From Vitrella brassicaformis CCMP3155 (Eukaryota > Protista > Chromerida), in assembly GCA_001179505.1 (NCBI GenBank), contig CDMY01000047.1, positions 62,001 through 126,000 on the forward strand: DNA of 64,000 bases, in the 5' to 3' direction. The notes below the pieces were generated by a model. It was not told the origin of the DNA. It saw only the letters and a list, made by a program, of their open reading frames with translations, and made no database searches. Made by a program: the position numbers and the translations under genes. The stretch's first letter is position 1, and the number at the start of each line of letters is the position of its first letter. Positions 36,281-49,626 of the stretch are shown one piece after another.

Positions 36281-37304
36281 ATGGCGACAGCGCAGGGGCA
36301 GCAATGGATCCGTCTTAGCCCTGAGGTCAGCCGCCATCATCGACACACCAATCGAGATGAACACGCCTGTTTTCTCCGGATCTGTTGCGATGCATGTGGT
36401 GTGTGTGTGTGTGTGCAGAAGACGATAGAGTTTCCGACGAGTGGTGCGAATGCGTCGGTGACGGTGAATCTGAAGCTGACGAACGTGTCGGGCGGATACC
36501 TGGCATACAAAATCAAGACCACTGCACCACGCAAGTAAGGACTGACTGTGTGCACACACGGTGGGTGGACACACAAACATACCATGGCATGCAACACAAC
36601 AGCGGCACCGGTATGTATGCACGTGGTGCGTGTCATGGCATGCAGCTACCTGGTGCGGCCTAGCTCGGGTGTCATCAACCCCCAGGGCGATGCCATCGTC
36701 GAGATCATCCTCCAGGCCAACGCCACCGGTGAGCACACACACACCACTCACACGCACCACAACCACAACCACTGCGCCGCTTTGCTTTGTGTGTCTGCCC
36801 GTCCGTTGTCCACCAGGTGAGGGCGGTCCCCCGACCAACGACAGGTTTCTGGTGCAGGTCACCCCCACGAGCAGCAACCAGCCGCCCGCCCGCGACCAGT
36901 GGACCACCATCGCCAAGGAGCACATCCAGGACCACCGGCTCAACGTCGTCTTCAAGGAGACCGCCGGCACACCAGGCAACGCCTTGCCCAACGGCGTGCG
37001 CCCGCCGCAGCCTGGCGGGGCTCACGAGGACACCAACCTGCCACAGCAGCAGCAGCAGCAGCAGGGGGCCGCTGCGGGTGGTGGTGGTGGGGAGGGCACG
37101 GTGTCGGTTCAGGATTTGCAGAGCAAGTACAGTGAGTTGCTGCAGTACAACAAGGCGGTGGAGAAGGAGAAGGCGCAGCTGGAGAAGCAGGTCAAGGCCC
37201 TCAAGGAGCAGCAGGGAGCGGGCAGGAAGGGCTGCCCCACCTATGTGGTCGTCCTCGTCATCGCCGTCTCACTCGCCATCGCCAAACTCGTCGCCTGGTT
37301 TTAA
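36281..37304 (+). CDS. VAP: VAMP-associated protein (MSP domain, coiled coil, C-terminal TM)
   Basis: LAYKIKTTAPRKYLVRPSSGVI and NDRFLVQ motifs, a coiled coil, and a terminal TM YVVVLVIAVSLAIAKLVAWF*. Confidence 0.93.
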
Positions 37305-37546
37305 CAAACCCACCCCGCCATCCATCCATCCATCCAGCTGTGAATTGAATGCGTGCGTCCGTCGGTGGGGGTGTGGTGTGTCTGGTGGTGGTGGTGGTGG
37401 CGGTGCATGCCATACGTGCGTGGCGTGTGTTCACTCACGTGTGCCGATACATAACATACATACATGGTGGCTGGTCTTCATCGAGGGAGGTGCGAGTGTT
37501 TTTAATGGCGGACGGTTGCGTTGCGAGAGAGAGGGGGGGGGGGGGG

Positions 37547-37846
37547 NNNNNNNNNNNNNNNNNNNNNNNNNNNNNNNNNNNNNNNNNNNNNNNNNNNNNN
37601 NNNNNNNNNNNNNNNNNNNNNNNNNNNNNNNNNNNNNNNNNNNNNNNNNNNNNNNNNNNNNNNNNNNNNNNNNNNNNNNNNNNNNNNNNNNNNNNNNNNN
37701 NNNNNNNNNNNNNNNNNNNNNNNNNNNNNNNNNNNNNNNNNNNNNNNNNNNNNNNNNNNNNNNNNNNNNNNNNNNNNNNNNNNNNNNNNNNNNNNNNNNN
37801 NNNNNNNNNNNNNNNNNNNNNNNNNNNNNNNNNNNNNNNNNNNNNN
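37547..37846. other. Assembly gap (300 N)
   Basis: N run after G homopolymer. Confidence 0.99.
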
Positions 37847-39564
37847 GGGAGGTGCGCTTCTATCTACTCTGGTTGCTTTGCTTTGCTTTGCCTTGCCTTA
37901 CTGTAGTGTGAGTGAGTGAGTGAGTGAGGTATGTTATGTACAGACAGGTTCTGTTCTCTCAAGGAGAGTGAGAGAGATGCAGATACATACATACATACAT
38001 ATGCTATGCTTCTTTTGACAGACATACGGACAGACAGACAGACAGACAGACAGACAAGCGAGCAGCACGCGCCCCTGCCTACCCTACCTTCCATTCTGAT
38101 TCTGATGCTCACTTACCTCACCACCGCGAAAGAAACACAATAACTTAATCTGTCTGGGTGTCTCTCTGTCTGGGCGTCTGTCTGGAACTCCTCTCTTCTC
38201 TCCTTCCTTCATCTAGATGGATGGATGGTGGATGATGGATGGATGGATGGGCCATCGCATCCATGTGTGCTTTGCTCGGTGCCTAGACGTCGCGTCGGCG
38301 GGTCGTGACGTGATTGATGCGTTCATTGACCCGGTCGGTTCCTGCCTGATACTGCCCGTCCGTCTCGATGATGATGTACATCATCATATCTCATATATAC
38401 TACTCACTGATGGATGGCGATGTGAGATGCATTCTGCCAAGGGCTGGCTGAGTGCATTCCTTCCTCGTGTGTTGACTGGCGACATTGATTGATTGCACCT
38501 CTTGATGCATCATCGCATCGCCATGCTGGGGTGTCCTGTGGCCCGACGATGCGATCGATGCCGGCGGTGAGGGGCGGAGTGGGCAACACACGAAGACGTG
38601 CACATGACTAGGAGACAAGAGCAGACGGGACGGTCAGTCAGAGAGGTGTGCTAATGCTGGAGGGAGCAATGATGATTTCTTTCCTTCTGTCCGTTCGCTG
38701 AGCGAGGCTTGTCTTGACTCGTGGTGACGCCTGCCGGTGTTCTGGCCTCAAGAGAACGTCGGCGATCGTCACCATGGCGGGAGAGGAGCGCCGCACAGCG
38801 ACGGAGCGAGACAGACACACAGCATTAGCTATGCATTGGTCGAAGGTTGGACCGAATTGGCAGCTAGGTCAGTGAGTCAGTCAGGTTAGTGGCTGGGCTG
38901 GGCTGGCTGAGCTCGGTCTGTACTTGCTGCTTGTCCAGTGTGTTGCTGTCTGATGGATGGATGGATGGACTTGATGATGCGCAACGTGTGGACTGACTGA
39001 TGCGTTGATTGATTGATGCCATACATGCCTCCCTCCGTGTGCATGTCTGTGTGTGTCCTGTGATCTGATGAAATGCAATTGATGCCTCCATTCCATTCCA
39101 TTCGATCATTCTTACTCCAACCCTACCTGGCCACCAACTCTTTGCCTGCCACAAACCTACCAAACCATTATTGAATTGATCAGATCACTGACTGCAGTGT
39201 GTTGGGGTGAGGAAGCCAGTCAGTCCACCTATTATGCTGTGTGTGTAATGTCAGCACGCACCCGCGCCCCTTACAACACGCCTATATCGGCATGCCACAA
39301 TCACCACAATGCATTGCACTCAAGCAACTCCCGCGTGTGGGCCCATGTGCAGCTGACACACGAGTAGCCTGCCTGCACGTGAGCGAGCCAGTCGAAGACC
39401 TCGAGGGAATCCAACACAGATGGCCCAGCTCAGAACCACCTCTGTGGCATACCGTCAAGGTCCTCGAATGGCGTCACACAGACTCCCCATGTGTCATGTC
39501 AGCGGCAACTGACTTACTGTCCCGTGCAGCCAACTGCTTCTCGTTCACTGTCCCAGCCATCCCT

Positions 39565-42500
39565 TCACAGGTCGTCGTATGTCACAGTCGCGCGGAAGTC
39601 ACCCGCTGCCTCCACCTGCACACACACACACACACACACATCAGCAGAGGGATCGGCTAAGAGCAGCTCATGGAATAGATGCGCTCTCTCGCAAGCGCCT
39701 GCCTGCTCTCCTGCCTGCGGGGCTGACCTCGGCTTGCGGCGGGGCATCTCTGTCCTTGTACCCGCCGCCACGACGGTCAGAGCGCCCGCTGCACAACACA
39801 CACACACACAACAGGTATCGTCGACAACGGGCGGCATCCCCTCCCCTCCCCGCTTCCCTCAAGTACTAAGGTCCCCTACCTGGGGCTGTCCATCCTCTCG
39901 TCCGGGAAGCCACGAGGCGGACCCATCATGGGAGCTATACACACCACACCACACCACACACACTTGAGTGGTCCGGTCGTTCATTCCGGTGTGTGTGTGT
40001 GTTGAGAGTGGTAGCTGTTCGTTCGTTGGTTCGTACGTCTTCTGGGTGGTCCCCGGTGCATGCCTCCTCCCCGTATTGGCGGCGGCCCGTGCATCGGCGG
40101 GCCGTAGGGGCCCAGCGGGGGCGATGGGAAGGGCGGCCCGGGAGGAGGAGGACCATGACCCATCGGGGGAGGAAGGGGCGGACCGAAATCGCCGTCCTAT
40201 ATGTGTATACATAACACAACACACGCATACACACACATACCAACGTCATGAAGCACACACACGCACACACACACACAAATGGATGTGCGGCTGTACAGGT
40301 GGAGGCCCCATGAATGGCGGCCGCATGGGGTGTCTTGGAGGCATCGGGGGGCCGCGGGGCGGCATCATGCCGCCCGGGCCGTCGAAGTCGGGCGGGTAGA
40401 AATCACCCATGAAGTCAGGAGGACCGTTGGGCAGCGGACCTGCACGGCACACACGACAGGCGCCTCGTTTCGTCACTGAACTGAATTGAATGTCTGTGTT
40501 TGTGTGGTTGCTGACCGTCGTGTCTGTCGAAGTCTCTGTCTCTGCCATGCATGAGTCTGAGCCGCTTGGGTGCGCCGTGTGGGAGGGGCACCAGTCGACT
40601 GGAGTCGCCCATGTAGGCCTCGTGCATCATGCTCTCGTGCAACTGATAGATGCAGTGGCCCCACACCACACCACACCACACATGGGCCGGCCCAATGAGA
40701 GCGCTTTGAGCCGAGTGATGACTGACTGACTGACAGACCTTGTCGATGATTTCCTGCAGTGCGCTCTCGTGTTTGTTTCTGAGGTGCTTGTGGACGAACT
40801 CTGCCGCCTTGAACAGCTGATGGATGGATCATCGACACACACAGAACACACAACACTCGCTCACCCAGATGATCTAGATGGGCGCAGGGGCCTGGCGTGT
40901 TCATAGCTGGCTGATTGCCTGCCTGCCTGCCTGCCTAACCTTCCTGCAGATGTTGCATCGGAACCGGCCCTCCTCGACCTTCATCGTGTTCTGCCAGGGT
41001 GGAGAAATGGACGGGAGAATGCGATTGAGAGGGAATGGGCGGGCGCGGCGCGATGCATCCAGTCCAATCATTGCACTGAGCGGCACTCACTCACCTCGTC
41101 ACAGTAGGCCTTCCACTTTGACGCGAGGGGCTCCTCCTCCTCCCTCAGCTGTATAATCACAATCACACACGTGCACATCAATCACATCACAGCACAGCAC
41201 ATCACATCACACGCTCGGCTGGCCTTGGTTCTGTTGTTTGTCATCTCGGTGGTCAGCTGCTCACTCACTCACCACGACAGGCTCCCGATGTGAGGCGTTG
41301 AGGAGCTGCTGTATCTTCTGGTCGAATGTGTCCACCCAGGGGCTGCTCTCCTCCACAGAACTGCCGTTCAACATCGCACCGTGACCATCCTGCACAGACA
41401 GCACCAAAGGCCACACATGACTGACATGTCTCTCTCTCTGTGTGTGTGTGTGTGTGTGTGTGTGGAGGCAGCAACTCGTTCACTTAAGGGACAGACACTG
41501 ACTGACTCACGTACGTCATGTTGGTTGTGTGAGTAGCGTTGTCTGAGGAAGGCCACGCCGCACCTGGCCTGCAGCTCACGCTCGTTCTCACAACACTGGA
41601 CGAACACACACACACATATAGGTTCATTCGGGCAGGCAATGGGTGGGTGCGACTTGACTTCTGTGCGGTGTGTGTGTGTGTGTGTGGTGTGGTGGGTGCC
41701 GCGTTGATTGAAGTGTCTGTCGCCGACCTCTGCTGAGTAGTAGCAGACGTTGTGCACCCGCCGGAGGTACAGAATCTGAAGGTCAAGCTGGAAGGCCTCC
41801 GGATACCTGCAGGCGCACACACCACAGCCAACACACCGGTGGGTGACACACGGAGAGAATAACAGCATGGCGTGTTGGCCGTGCTGTTTGTGGTGTGGCG
41901 TGTCTTCCACCCAACCGACGTGTTGGCCTCCATGGCTTTGAGTAAGGGGTTTCTGGTCCCCTGCCGCTCCCCCTCCCCCTCGCCATAGCCCTCATCGCCT
42001 CCCATACCCTCATCACCGAACACGCCCTCCACCTGCCACTCCCTGTCTGCACAACAACAACACCACACAGCACACACCACACAACCATCAAACACCAGGA
42101 GTGAGTGAGTGTCATTGTTGGTTGGTATGTCCGTTGCGCTGCGCAACACCGCTGCAGCCCATATACTTGGTTAGTTACCGAGTTTTGCGATGAGTTGTGC
42201 GGACAGCTGGAGGTCTTTCTGAATGCGCGAGGGTGCGGCCATGTCGGCGGGGGCCACCCGCACCTTGTGCTTCTTCTTGGGCACGGCACGCTGGATGTTC
42301 AACACGTAACGGTCCTTCAACCTACACACACACATACACATACAATGAATCAATGACGCGACGATGGATGCCATGAGAGAGAGAGAACGGTCGGCCAGTG
42401 GGTATCACTGCATCACTGCCTGCTGTTTGCTGGTCTGATTCGATTCAGTGGCTCACTTTGTGTGTTTGAAGGTTTTTTCTGCCGTGGCTGCCGCCTCATC

Positions 42501-44439
42501 GCTGTCGAACCGAGCGTACCCCTTCCTGAATAGAATAATGCGTCAAGCCACCAACGCACACATACACACAGGTGATCCACAAACCGCTCTCTCGTCTGTT
42601 TGCACCCCGTAAGGCACGGGTGACTGACTGAGTGGCGGTGCCCACCCCACCCCACCTGGTGAGGTCGGATCTGAGGGGCTCCGTCAGGAAGACATTCCCA
42701 AAACCACTCGCACCCTGCATGTCATGTGGGTCGTGTACCCCACACGACACTCAAGTCGTCTATGCCTCTGGTCTGGGTGTGTCTGGTCTGTCTGCCGGTG
42801 TGGTGTAGTCAGGACATTCTCGGTGTGTACCTGGAGGAGGTCGTGGCAGTCCCACTTGGATATCTCGAGGGGCACATTGGAGAAGAAGAGCGTATTCACG
42901 TCGGCGTCCTGCATGTAGAACGGCGCCTCGCAGTGACCGCTGATCTCTGATACACACACATCACACACAGTACAACACACACAGGACAAGGACAAGGACA
43001 AGGCAAGGACACACACACGTGGTGGGTGGGTGGATGGAATCCTGTCTCAGCTGATCCAGCATGGACACAGACAGACCTTTGCTGGTCTCCTTTCTCAGAT
43101 TGGGGTCGAGATGGCCGCCGCCTGTGTGTGCCGCATCATCCTCGCCCTCGCCCGCCCCCACGGCTGCCGACGAGCCGCCGGTGTGCTGCACCGTCAGCGA
43201 AAGGTCGTCGAATGCGTTCTCCTCTACCAACTGCACACGCAACGCATTCAGGCAGGGACAGACAGACAGACAGACGGACGCTGCTTGTGCCATGTGATGT
43301 GTGCCTGTGTGTCGTCCCCACCTTGATGAATTGTTGTGCGTTTTGTTTTGCGTGTGCGGACCGCTCGTCGTGCTGCCGCTTCTGCAGGTCGGGCCGGTAC
43401 TTGTCGGGCAGATAGCCGGCGTCCTGCCATCAAACACGCATGATATGGATGGATAGATGGATGGATGGATGGATGGACAGCCAGGGAGAATGCGGGCTCG
43501 TGTGTCGTGTGGTGTCGTGTGTCTGCATGGCTGGCTGACTCACTGACTGACCTTGTTGTCTTTGAAGAACTTCTCCGAGTGGTGTGTTTTGTACTTGGTG
43601 CGGTAGTCGTCGTACCGCTCCACTGCCTCCATCGGCTCGATGCCCTCATCCTGATTGATGACGAACGACCTGAACGACAGCAGGGGCTCGTTGAAGCTCG
43701 TCGAGTAGATCATGTCGCCCTCATCGATGCGACGCCTGAATTCAGGCAAGGAAGCCACACATAAAAGGGTTATGATGATGCAGACAGACGGGGTCACATA
43801 CTTCAGATGTGTGTGTGTGTGTGTGTGTACTTTCTGGGGCTGTATCTGATGTCGTCGTCGATGTAGCGTCTCCGCCGGTCAAAATCACGGTCATAGACAC
43901 CGGGCGGCGGGCCACGTCTGATAAGGGCATGCACACACAACCATTCTCCCTGCACCGTCCAAGCTCACACGTACTCACCGGTCCCTCGGTGGGAATCGCC
44001 GGCGCCTGCCATAGATGCTGTCGCTGCAGCCACAACAGGCATGCCGTCCCGTCACATCACGACACATGACGACAGTGACAATTCAATCATCCCGCCATTG
44101 TTCGTGTTCATGCAGCATCCATCGCTGCACCGCGCTCGCTTGTCTGTCCTCCCTCTCTCACTCACTGACTCACCTGCGTGACCTGGATCTTGATCTGGAT
44201 GGTGATCTGTCACCTCCGTCAGGGTGTCTCCCTCCCCGTCCCCGACCGCCGCGCCGCCGCCCGATGTGCGCCACTCGCTGGCCCGGCCTCTCCCTCTCGC
44301 GGGAGTCCTTCCGGCGAATCGGACGCCTCTCAGCATCGCGGTTGCGGTCTTCCTGCACCGTCGGGCTCGCCTCGCGACTTTTGTTTGCATCTTGCGCAGT
44401 GGACTCAGCCGTTCCAGCTGCAGGCGGTGGATCACTCAT
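39565..44439 (-). CDS. SRRT: SERRATE/Ars2 RNA effector protein
   Basis: RS-rich N-terminus, LSFRSFVINQDEGIEPMEAVERYDDYRTKY, LDLQILYLRRVHNVCYYS, zinc finger FRCNICRKLFKAAEFVHKHLRNKH, a Pro/Gly tail and GYKDRDAP. Confidence 0.92.
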
Positions 44440-44592
44440 CCTCCGGCCCTTTTTCTCGGCGGCAGATCTGCGCGAGCTTTGCGAGCTTGATGGCAACCTG
44501 ACAGAAACACGCTCCACAGGCAGCATAGTTGTTCGGTTGTATCAGTTGTTGGATTTTTGAGTAGGCAGGCGCATATCATCGCATATATCGTT

Positions 44593-45783
44593 ATGCAGTT
44601 CGTGGCCAAGTCGGTGTTGAAGAGCACAGACAAGGGCATCGCCAGGGAGACCAAGACCAAAGAGCACGATGAAGCGGGTCAGGCACAGCACACATCAGCA
44701 GGAGAGAGAAGAAGAACCGATCACTCTCACCTTCCTCTCTCTTCGCATGCCTGATGCCACGCAGGTTTGTTCACACGAGGTGACTCGCTAGTGAATGAGC
44801 CTCTGGTGAAGCTCAAGGAGCACTACGCCGTGGAAGGTGCGGAGCGGAAGGAGATCCTCAACAGGGTCATCAAACCAAGGTGGGTGACACGAGCGCATTG
44901 CCAAGACACGTTTATGCGTCGTCAAGCAAAGCACATGCATCAATCATCCCTCGCTGGTGTGTGCTCTCTGTGTGTGTTTCAGTTCGTTTGAGCAGGAGGA
45001 GCCTCCGCGTGACCCGAACGACCCTGAGGATGCCGTCACCAACGTAACACACACACACACGCTGGCTCGCTCACCTGAGGGATGCCACCACATCCATCAC
45101 ACGCCGCCCATATGTCCGTCCGTCCGTCCATTGCCCGGCGGTTGTGTGTGCATTGATTGATTGCAGGAGTTCGCCCCTCCGCCCGTGACGGCAGGTGAGT
45201 ACGAGTTTCTGCGGAAGGTGGAGAGCGACAAGCGGCGCTCGGAGGCCAAGACGGCGAGGGAGATCGACATGTTCCACCAGTCCAAGCTCGACGCCAGGAG
45301 GGAGGAGTCGTTCCTCGAGCGGCTCGAGAGGGCCGCACAGCAGCCCAACAAACGCAAGGAGGCCTCCTTCACACCCAAGCAGGTCAGCCACACCTGTGGC
45401 ACTACATGGGCCGTTCCCCTCGCTGCTGTCGCTGAACGCTTTGTGGCTGTCAGTTGCTCAACTCCAACATGATAATCAAAAAGAAGAGGAAAGTCATGGG
45501 ACAAGGGGAAGGGGGAGGGGGACACACGGGACAAGGCAGCAGCGACGCCCCGCCGCCCACCAGCGGTCATTCTGCTGACCGTGGCAAGGGGCGCTCGGAG
45601 GCCACAGCCGCCTTGCCGTCTGATGCTGCTCCGGCAGTTGCTGCTGGCGGCACAGATCGTGTGTGTGAGGGCCAGGCTGGCGGGCAGAAGGGCAGTGAGG
45701 CGCGTGAAGAGAGCTGTAGGGAGGGTCAGGGTGGGAGGGGACTGGCAGATCTGCTCGGATATGACGATGACGAAGATGAATGA
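44593..45783 (+). CDS. FAM192A/NIP30-like small nuclear protein (putative)
   Basis: MQFVAKSVL start, EYEFLRKVESDKRRSEAKTAREIDMF, NLS-like IIKKKRK and acidic end LLGYDDDEDE*. Confidence 0.5.
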
Positions 45784-45872
45784 ATGAACGAATGGCTGAC
45801 AGATCCATTGTGTGAATGCATGTGTCCTTTGTCGTGACGGAAAGACCCAGAGACGCAGAGGCGCGGGGTCAA

Positions 45873-45884
45873 GGGTTTAGGGTT
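45873..45884. promoter_or_regulatory. Telo-box-like motif upstream of CDC14
   Basis: gggtttagggtt. Confidence 0.4.
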
Positions 45885-46120
45885 CCCACGATCAATTTTT
45901 CCTTTCCCTCCCGACCCGATTCCCTTGGAGTCGTCAATCGACGCCACACGGAGCTTTCCACACCGTCAGGATAACATCAGCTGGTGGGGCCACCACAGCA
46001 AGCATCCCGGCCCACCCCCACCAGACCGCAGCCGCCAACCGCCATCACAGCTGGCTGCCTTCTGACCACAAGACCAGACCCATCCCATCCCAGCACAGGG
46101 TATCAGATCACATCACCATC

Positions 46121-48392
46121 ATGACGGAGCGTGAGCTGTCGCAGGCCATCGAGTTTGTGCCCAACCGGCTGTATTGGGTGACCGTGGGCACCATCCCCCG
46201 CAACACGCCAAACACACACTTCTTCTCTATCGACAATGAGCTCTTCTACGAGCCCTTCTTCGCTGATTTTGGACCGCTGAACCTCGCCTGCACATACCGA
46301 TACTGCAAAACCGTCGAGAAAAAGGTCGGTCAACGAGCGGAATGAATGACACACACAAACAGGGGGGACGAGTGGGCCGTGTGTGATGTGTGTGCAGTTG
46401 AGCGAGCCCCTGTTGGCGAACAAGCGAATCATCCATTACTGTTCGCAGGACCCCCACAAGCGGGCCAATGCGGCGTATCTGATCGGCGCCTTCATGATTA
46501 TCGTCATGAAGAAGAGCGCCGACGACGCCTACCGCCCCTTCGTGGGCGTCTACCCCCCGTTCCTCCCATACCGTGACGCGACTTACGGCATCTGCACATA
46601 CCACTGCACCATCTTCGACTGCCTCAAGGGACTCGAGTACGGCATCAAAGTACGTAGGTAGCTATACGGCCGGCCGGACACACACTCAGTCACATGGCTG
46701 GGCGGCTGTTGTTGTGTTTGTGCTGGGGTGTGTGTGTGCAGCTGGGCTGGTTCGACTACGACACGTTTGATCTGGCCAATTATGAGTACTATGAGCGCAT
46801 CGAAAACGGTCGGTCAGATGAGTGGAGTGGAGCCCCTTCATGAGCAGAGGAGGGAGAGGCAGTCTGTGCGTGTTGTGTGTGTATCAATCAGGTGATCTGA
46901 ATTGGATCATTCCCAAGAAGTTTGTGGCGTTTTCGGGCCCCTCTGCGACCAACAACGATGAGGACGGCTTCAGAACACTCACACCAGAGGACTACGTGGG
47001 CATTTTCAAGAAACTCGTAAGTGAGCCGAGCCAGCCGTGTCTCCCTCTCGCCGACCGATATATGCTCAGTCTATTCATCTCTGTGGTCATCAGGGTGTGA
47101 CGACCGTCATTCGGTTGAACAAGAAACAGTATGACCGAAGGGTAAGCTTGGATCAGGAGAACGAACCGAACCGAAGCAACCGAGCCGCAGCTGTGCTGTC
47201 CGCTTGTCGTCGTGTGTTTTTCCTCTCTCCCTGTCTCTCTCTCTCTGTCCTTGCTGTGTGTGGCAGCGTTTCATCGAGTCAGGTTTGAATCACGTCGACC
47301 TCTATTTCGTCGACGGCTCATGCCCATCATGGTCACTCACAAAGAGAGAGGAAACGGGCACACACAAAACACACACAGCTGTGCACACACCACACGGCCC
47401 CGGAGTGTGTCGTGTCTGCCTGTCTGTCTGTCTGTCTGTGTGTGTGCAGGGACATCATTCGCAAGTTCCTGGACATCGTCGAGGCCGAGCCAGGTGCGAT
47501 CGGGGTCCACTGCAAGGCGGGACTCGGACGCACCGGCACACTCATCGGCGCATACGCTATCAAAAACTATCGGTCAGGCAGACAGACAGACAGACAGACA
47601 GGGCGGGGCACGACGTCTCATCCATCCCATCTCGTGTGGGCTGGACTGCTGATGAGTTCAGCTTTCCAGCGGCGTACTGGATCGGGTGGAACCGCATCTG
47701 CCGACCCGGTAGCGTGCTCGGGCCCCAGCAGCACTTCATCTGCGATATACAGGTCGGTCGGGCAAGTCAGGTCCGCATGCAGACCTCTCGGAGAGGGAGG
47801 GACCTGTGTGCATTGTGTCCTTGTGTTGGGTGTGCCCTGTCTGTGTGGTTGGATGGATAGAATGAGTTGATGCAGATGGGCATGGCTCAGCGGGGCCTCC
47901 GGCTGCCCATCGGCGACCCGACGGCACCATCCTCACCGGAGTCCTCGCCCATGAGGAAAGGACAAGGACAGGTGCCTTAAGCAGTGCAGTCAGTCAACCA
48001 TTGGCCCAAGAGCTATCTCATCCTCATGTTTGTCTGTCTGTCTGTCTGTCTGGGTGGCTGGCTGGCTGGATTGGGTGTGTCTATGTCTGGCTTCAGATGT
48101 CTCCCGAGGAGCGACGCAAGGCCGAGCAGGGAGACCTCGGCCAAGGCGACCGGCTCGTCAACGCCAAACGGTCAACACACACACACACACACTCACACAG
48201 ATGCCTGGTTCGATGTCTCTGTGTGTGTTTGTCTGGCATGCATGGGTCAGTGGTTCGCCTCGGCATGGCGGTGGCAGTGCGACGAGTGCGGGCGGCAGCA
48301 CAGCAGCGTCCCCCACGTCGGCGAGCAGCACGCCCTCGGGCTCACCCACACAGACCAAGACACAAACCACCAGCTCACAGGGATTCAAGTAA
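46121..48392 (+). CDS. CDC14: CDC14 dual-specificity phosphatase
   Basis: [39 protein letters not shown], catalytic [11 protein letters not shown] and [10 protein letters not shown] motifs. Confidence 0.96.
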
Positions 48393-48983
48393 GCTAGTGC
48401 GGACGGGAGGGAGAGGGAGAGGGAGAGGGAGAGGGACATGCCTCGTGTGTGGTGTGGTTCGTGTGCATTCAGTCGGGCGATATTTGGGCGCAGACTAAGA
48501 GACCACTGACGATTAACGCTGCCTTCCTACACGTGCTGATAAACAGCCACATGCTCCTTCCCCTCTCTCAGAGCAAAGCAACACAGGTCGATATCCATGT
48601 CTCTGTCAGGTTGCGTGTCTCTGGCTTGTGCTGTACCACCGCGTGTTTCAAGCGTGACGAAAAGGCAAAGCGGCGGACCAAATAAATACATACATTGGAG
48701 GGAGGGAGGGATGGTGGATGGTTGAAGGGAGGAAAGGAGGAATGCCGGCGGTGAGCAAGGAGGCAGATTGTGTGGTGGGGTGGGATGGTCGGCTGGCCGG
48801 CCATTGTTGATTGAAAATGCAGTCAGTCAGACAGTCCATGCATCCGTCGACCCTCGTGCATATGAGATGGTTGCCTGTGCGTATCCATGGCTTGACTCCT
48901 GTCTACACGAATGTCTACACGTATCCATGGGCGGACCCTCCATCCCTGACTGACTGACGTCAAGCACACACATACCAGGATCG

Positions 48984-49017
48984 ACACTCACAACAGATAC
49001 AAACTGTAGGCAGCAAT
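48984..49017 (-). repeat. Dispersed motif, copy 2 (degenerate)
   Basis: Reverse complement reads attgctgcctacagtttgtatctgttgtgagtgt. Confidence 0.65.
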
Positions 49018-49626
49018 GAACCGCCCGGCCACCCTCATGGCCTGCCTGTCGATACTGCCATCACTCGCGCTTCAACCAATCGAAAGTCAGTGCTGGCCAG
49101 CTACAACCCCAGGCAGCACGGCTGTCTTTGTCTACCCTCTACACCTCCCGCCCGTCCATCCATCCATCCATCCAGCCAGCCAGCCAGCCAGTCATCCATT
49201 CCATCCATCCATTCCAGCCATGTACGTATGAAAGCACGTCACATCCACACAAAGTAAAATCCTGGCATGTGCAGACAAGAAGAAATCCTTTGCTTCAAAA
49301 AAGATCGGCAGTCTGGCGTTCTTTCTGCATCCTGGCGCCCATGGTCTGCCGTGGTCTGTCCACTCTCTCTCGTCTACGTGTCTTCCGTCAATTCGGCATA
49401 GCACGGTGGGTGCAGGTGGGGGTCGATAGAGGGGCATCGCGGGACCCCTATCAGGCAGAGACGCAACAAGGCAACGACAGAGACGCTGCAGCACCCCCTC
49501 GTAGACCTCACCGCTCTTCAAAACACCACTGGATCCGTCCGCCCGTCAGCCGCAGCTCCACACACCTGACGTCCCGTTACGGTCCCGTTAAGCCCGTGTT
49601 TTTCCACCTCTGCAGCAGTGACCCCG

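Noticed and set aside
45873-45884. TTTAGGG units as telomere or interstitial telomeric array
   Set aside because: Only 1-2 units at each site; treated as possible promoter motifs instead.
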